Origin: an uncultured Myxococcales bacterium
GTDB lineage: Bacteria > Myxococcota > UBA4151
Direction of reading: 5' to 3'
NCBI GenBank assembly: GCA_964013405.1
Contig: CAXGWI010000121.1
Span: 1-10,878, forward strand
DNA: 10,878 nucleotides
The translations under genes were made by a program, and so were the position numbers. Within the stretch, counting starts at the first letter, position 1, and each line of letters begins with the position of its first letter. Positions 7,279 to 10,878 of this stretch are shown one piece after another. The notes beneath the pieces were generated by a model. The model did no database searches and had not been told where the DNA came from. It worked only from the letters and a program-made list of their open reading frames with translations.

Positions 7279-10200
7279 TCAGTCCCCCACAATCGCGAAG
7301 GATTCGGAGGCATGAAATGGCATGATCACGATCTCTCCAAACTCATTCGATTTAAACTTTTTCAAAGCCTCTTGGGCCGCGAGCGTCGCCGGGTTGTACA
7401 CGCCCTGTTGAAAGCTAATTCGACGGGCCCTTTCCAGCGTCTCAACCGCGATCTGCTCGTTCTTAAAGATGAAGCGATTCTCAAGTTCAGCCCGATACAA
7501 CTCCAACTGGTCAAGGGTCAGCCCCTTCGGGTCTGGACTCTCGCGAACCGCATCTGCAAAGGAGGCTGCGGCGAGCCCCATTCGGGTCAAGCTACGGACG
7601 GTGACGCTGGGATCGCCCAGTTCCATGACCTTCTCATAGGCTACCTTCAACTCGCCAACCTTCTTCATCATGCCGACCAGCTGGTCTTTCATTTTGGCCG
7701 CATTCCGAGAGCTCACCTTCATCTTCTCGTAGTCATCGTACATCTTATCGATCTGATGATACTTCGCGTAGGCTGCTGCTCGAACGACCGCACGATGCTT
7801 CCGTAACTCATCCTTGGCACCGAGTTTGTCATAACGCTTGGCAATCTTGCCCCGAATCAACTTGAGGTCACTGGCTGATTTGCCCAACTCCTCCCAGAGC
7901 TTTGCTGTTTCGAAGAGGGCTTCAAAATTCTGCTGTTCCTCGACATGGGAGCCATAGCGACCCGGAAACTCGTAGTAAGCCTTCGCCGCCTTCTCCAACT
8001 GCCCGTCGGCCTTGTAGGTCAGAGCAAGCTGCCATGCGAGCTTCGCCAAGGCCTTCTTGTACTTCTTCTTCTTGCCGTACTTCTTGGCGAACTCATCCCG
8101 AAGTTCGATGACCTTCTTCGTGTTGCCCGAGACACGCTGAAAGATCAGCGCATTCTGCAACATCTCATCAAGCTTACAGGCTGCGTGCTCGCCACTATAG
8201 GACTCAGCAAAGTGCTCAAAAAGAGTCGCTGCCTTCTCAAACTTACCGATGTCCGCGTAGAAGCCTGGAAGGGCACAGGCTGCCATCTCCTGGTACTTCT
8301 CATAGTCTTCCTGCTTTTGCTTCCGGTCGTTCTTCGGAAGTTTCTCAATCTTCGCCCAGAAATCCGAGGCTGAATACGACTTGAGGAGCAACTCTGCTGC
8401 ATCGATGCCCCGATCGATCTCGTCGGCGGCCTGGAACACCATCATCGCGTTGACCAGCGAGATCGGCGTAAACTGGGACTCTGGGAACTCTTTGTAGAAG
8501 CCCAGGAAGTTCTGCGCACTGGCCGCATACATGCCTTTGGCTTGGGCGAGGCCTGCGTCGTTCTTTTTGGCCTTGGCACGCTTCTCCGTCGCCACCGCCT
8601 TCTCGTGCTCGCCCATGTAGATCTGGAACTGACTTCCTTCGACGTATTTTGCAGCTGACGTGCGGAACTTCTGCTCACGCATGAGGAACTTGTTCTTCTG
8701 GAAGCTACGCCCGTACTTGTTGAGCGCCGGCCAAATCTCGCGCACCGCGAGGGAATCAAGCACGTTCAAGGCGCCAAAGCTGGCAAACTTATTTTGGGGC
8801 CAGCGGGCGATCAATTCATCGAAGCGCTTCGCAGAGTCCTCAAAGTGGAAGTACTTATGGTAGATCGTGGCGGCCTTGAACTTCACCTCGATCAGCTCGC
8901 CCTTGAGCTTAGGATCGACCGATTTGCCGTGGACACGGTCCACGTAGCGGTCACAAGCCTGAGCGAGGCTGATCTCGTCAGCCGGAATCTTCTTGGGCGT
9001 ATAGAACTCTTTACCGCGGGTCTTATCAATCTGCTTGACCGTCGTCTTCGCCGTCTTCTTGATCTTGCCCTTCTTACGCTTCCCCTTCGAGTCATCGATA
9101 CGGGCGTTATCCGGCAACGTGATCGGCTTCTCACCCTTCACGATAAACTCCCAGCAAAGGATGGCTGCGAAGGCGGCTCGCTTGGCAAAGTTGCCGCCTG
9201 GATCCTCTTCCACGTAAACGTCGAACTGCTCGGCCGCTTTGCGGAACTCCTTCAGGCTGTAGAGAATCTCGGCGTAATAAAAGCGCAGGCGACGGGCTTG
9301 CTCGCAAGTCTCATAGACAGAGCAAACGTCGGTCTGGGCAAAGTTGTCGAGGTACTTCTTATAAATATCCCGGGCCAAGCGGTAGGTGCCGGCCTTCTTC
9401 GATTTCTGGGCCTCGGCGTGATAATCGGTAACGAGTTGGCGCATCGTACCTTCGGTGTATTCGAAGGCCCGCTCGATCGCGTCTGTCGCCTGCTCAGTCC
9501 CCTGCTTACGCACCTTCTTCGCCCAAAGCGAACTGGGCTTATACATGTCGACAAGCCGCTCCATCTCCGTGCGCACCCGAGCCCGGTCGTTCATGCGGGT
9601 GAAGGCGGTCACGATCTTCGATTGATACATCGGCGCGTCGAGATGAGTCGGGTACTTTTTGAGCACGAACCTGTAGGTCCGAACCGAGAGGTCGTGCTTG
9701 CCTTGGCTGTCATAAATCGCACCGAGCTTGCCGACCATGCGCTTCGCCCATTCCTCATTGCGCACTTCCCGTAAGTAGTCGTAGACCTCTTCGACAACAT
9801 CGAGGTGAGAGAAGGCGAGCACGATATCCGTCGCTGCTTCGTCTCCCAATTCCATGGCATCTTCGCCGAAGCCATTCTTGCGCATGGCGTGGGAGCGCTT
9901 GATCACAGCCTGGTACTTCTCGACTGCGTCCGCATACTCTCCCTGATTGTAGTCACACCAAGCCAACTTGTAGGTGGCAAAGTTGACGACCTTCTCTTTC
10001 TTCGTTTTCAAAGCCCGCTCGAAGGCAGTCCGGGCTCGAACCACATCATTACTGTTAAAGAAGTGCTCACCGAGCGCTAAATAGGCGTCCGCAGCAAATT
10101 CGGAGTCGGGGTATTTCTTCACCAACTCGCCGTAATTCTGCACCGCACCCTTCTTCTTGCCCGCGAGATAAAGATTATAGGCCATCACATAGAGGACCTG

Positions 10201-10719
10201 ATCGCGGCGGCGGTAGGTCTTATACTTCTTCAAAAGGATGGCGTAGTTACGGATCGCTTGATTCTTGAAGGTGTCGGCCTTTGGCGTCGCCAGCTTTGGC
10301 CGCGTCTTTTCATCGCCCCCCGAGTCAAACCAGGCCTGCTGGGCCTTGTCGAAGGCGGCGAACTCCTGCCGATACCAGAACTGGCTCGTCTGCCAAAAGA
10401 GTTCGGCCAACTGGAAGATCAAATCGGCTCGATCAGCTGCGGGTTGGGCTGGCAGGGCCTTGCTGATCTTGCGAATCACCTCATTACGCTTCTTTTGCGC
10501 CTTCACCGAGAAGTCACTGATCTGGGCTTCCACCGCCTGTTCCAGCTTGATCTTCTTCGAGGGACCCTTGGTTTTCGCGGCCTCCGCAGCCTGGCGCTCA
10601 CGCTCTTCGATCTTACTGCGGCGCTTCTTCGCCGCAGCATCTTCATTTTTCTTCTGGGCCGGCGCAGGCGTCGCCATCAGCAACGCAGCCGAAACCAGAC
10701 ACAACGTCGATAGCCTCAT
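7279..10719 (-). CDS. gltD: GltD/AgmU/NfsD-family large periplasmic TPR protein (1146 aa from the ATG at 10719)
   Basis: Sec signal peptide MRLSTLCLVSAALLMATPAPA|QK. Many TPR-like helical repeats (ADLIFQLAELFW, DQVLYVMAYNL, ADAYLALGEHFF, ATYKLAWCDYNQGEY, LRFYYAEILY). C-terminal PDPKGLTLDQLELYRAELE motif typical of AgmU-like proteins. Lies between gltC and gltE. The start was moved from the track's GTG at 10737 to ATG 10719 because GGAG lies 8 nt upstream and the GTG overlaps gltC. Confidence 0.88.
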   Translation of the reverse strand: MRLSTLCLVSAALLMATPAPAQKKNEDAAAKKRRSKIEERERQAAEAAKTKGPSKKIKLEQAVEAQISDFSVKAQKKRNEVIRKISKALPAQPAADRADLIFQLAELFWQTSQFWYRQEFAAFDKAQQAWFDSGGDEKTRPKLATPKADTFKNQAIRNYAILLKKYKTYRRRDQVLYVMAYNLYLAGKKKGAVQNYGELVKKYPDSEFAADAYLALGEHFFNSNDVVRARTAFERALKTKKEKVVNFATYKLAWCDYNQGEYADAVEKYQAVIKRSHAMRKNGFGEDAMELGDEAATDIVLAFSHLDVVEEVYDYLREVRNEEWAKRMVGKLGAIYDSQGKHDLSVRTYRFVLKKYPTHLDAPMYQSKIVTAFTRMNDRARVRTEMERLVDMYKPSSLWAKKVRKQGTEQATDAIERAFEYTEGTMRQLVTDYHAEAQKSKKAGTYRLARDIYKKYLDNFAQTDVCSVYETCEQARRLRFYYAEILYSLKEFRKAAEQFDVYVEEDPGGNFAKRAAFAAILCWEFIVKGEKPITLPDNARIDDSKGKRKKGKIKKTAKTTVKQIDKTRGKEFYTPKKIPADEISLAQACDRYVDRVHGKSVDPKLKGELIEVKFKAATIYHKYFHFEDSAKRFDELIARWPQNKFASFGALNVLDSLAVREIWPALNKYGRSFQKNKFLMREQKFRTSAAKYVEGSQFQIYMGEHEKAVATEKRAKAKKNDAGLAQAKGMYAASAQNFLGFYKEFPESQFTPISLVNAMMVFQAADEIDRGIDAAELLLKSYSASDFWAKIEKLPKNDRKQKQEDYEKYQEMAACALPGFYADIGKFEKAATLFEHFAESYSGEHAACKLDEMLQNALIFQRVSGNTKKVIELRDEFAKKYGKKKKYKKALAKLAWQLALTYKADGQLEKAAKAYYEFPGRYGSHVEEQQNFEALFETAKLWEELGKSASDLKLIRGKIAKRYDKLGAKDELRKHRAVVRAAAYAKYHQIDKMYDDYEKMKVSSRNAAKMKDQLVGMMKKVGELKVAYEKVMELGDPSVTVRSLTRMGLAAASFADAVRESPDPKGLTLDQLELYRAELENRFIFKNEQIAVETLERARRISFQQGVYNPATLAAQEALKKFKSNEFGEIVIMPFHASESFAIVGD

Positions 10720-10724
10720 CAAGA

Positions 10725-10878
10725 TCACTCCACACACTCGGATTTGATCGCGTACTCGTAGAACCCGAGTTCATCGATCCAATATTCCCCATGGAAGGGC
10801 CAATATTGAAACTTGTCGCTGGGAATGAAGGGCCTCGGGAGTCGTTTTCGAACCTTAAATTCGATTTCCCGCTGCGCT
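10725..10878 (-). CDS. gltC: C-terminal 50 aa of a GltC/NfsC-family TPR protein (5'-truncated by the window edge)
   Basis: Manual translation from 10877: AQREIEFKVRKRLPRPFIPSDKFQYWPFHGEYWIDELGFYEYAIKSECVE*, with TGA at 10725-10727. The YWPFxGEYWxDELGxY...C ending is the characteristic GltC/NfsC C-terminal motif, and the gene lies directly upstream of gltD. Not in the ORF track. Confidence 0.88.
   Translation of the reverse strand, partial: AQREIEFKVRKRLPRPFIPSDKFQYWPFHGEYWIDELGFYEYAIKSECVE
10728..10731 (-). promoter_or_regulatory. Shine-Dalgarno of gltD, embedded in the last codons of gltC
   Basis: The minus strand reads gtGGAGtgatcttgATG. The SD abuts the gltC stop, consistent with translational coupling. 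Confidence 0.65.

Noticed and set aside
6304..10713. Long plus-strand ORFs (6304..7002, 6776..7315, 7312..7806, 8794..9774, 10258..10713 and others)
   Set aside because: They are antisense shadows of gltE/gltD, common in GC-rich coding DNA, with no recognisable domains.
10720..10737. GTG start at 10737 for the 1152-aa ORF
   Set aside because: It overlaps the gltC 3' end; ATG 10719 has an SD and gives a canonical signal peptide.
1..10878. CRISPR arrays, tRNA/rRNA genes, IS elements, defence systems
   Set aside because: The window is almost entirely filled by the seven CDSs, and I saw no spaced direct repeats, terminal inverted repeats or RNA-gene signatures.

Overview
All well-supported genes lie on the minus strand and form one tightly packed run, probably an operon. 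In transcription order they are: the 3' end of gltC (cut by the window edge and absent from the ORF track), gltD/agmU (TPR), gltE/aglT (TPR lipoprotein), gltF/cglF, a very long gltG/pglI-like gene, gltH/cglE (outer-membrane beta-barrel), and the 5' part of a biotin carboxylase (also absent from the ORF track). This is a Glt/Nfs-type trans-envelope surface-transport cluster, as known from Myxococcota and related deltaproteobacteria. The contiguous C-D-E-F-G-H order resembles the M. xanthus nfs operon rather than the split G1/G2 gliding clusters. The standout feature is the GltG homologue: at 1393 aa it is about twice the usual length. It appears to carry a ~740-aa insertion (4 TM helices plus a ~620-aa predicted periplasmic domain with 8 cysteines and an internal GIxC...CSKP repeat) in the middle of the first of two tandem cytoplasmic beta-domains. 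Family assignments come from motif recognition and gene order, not from database searches.
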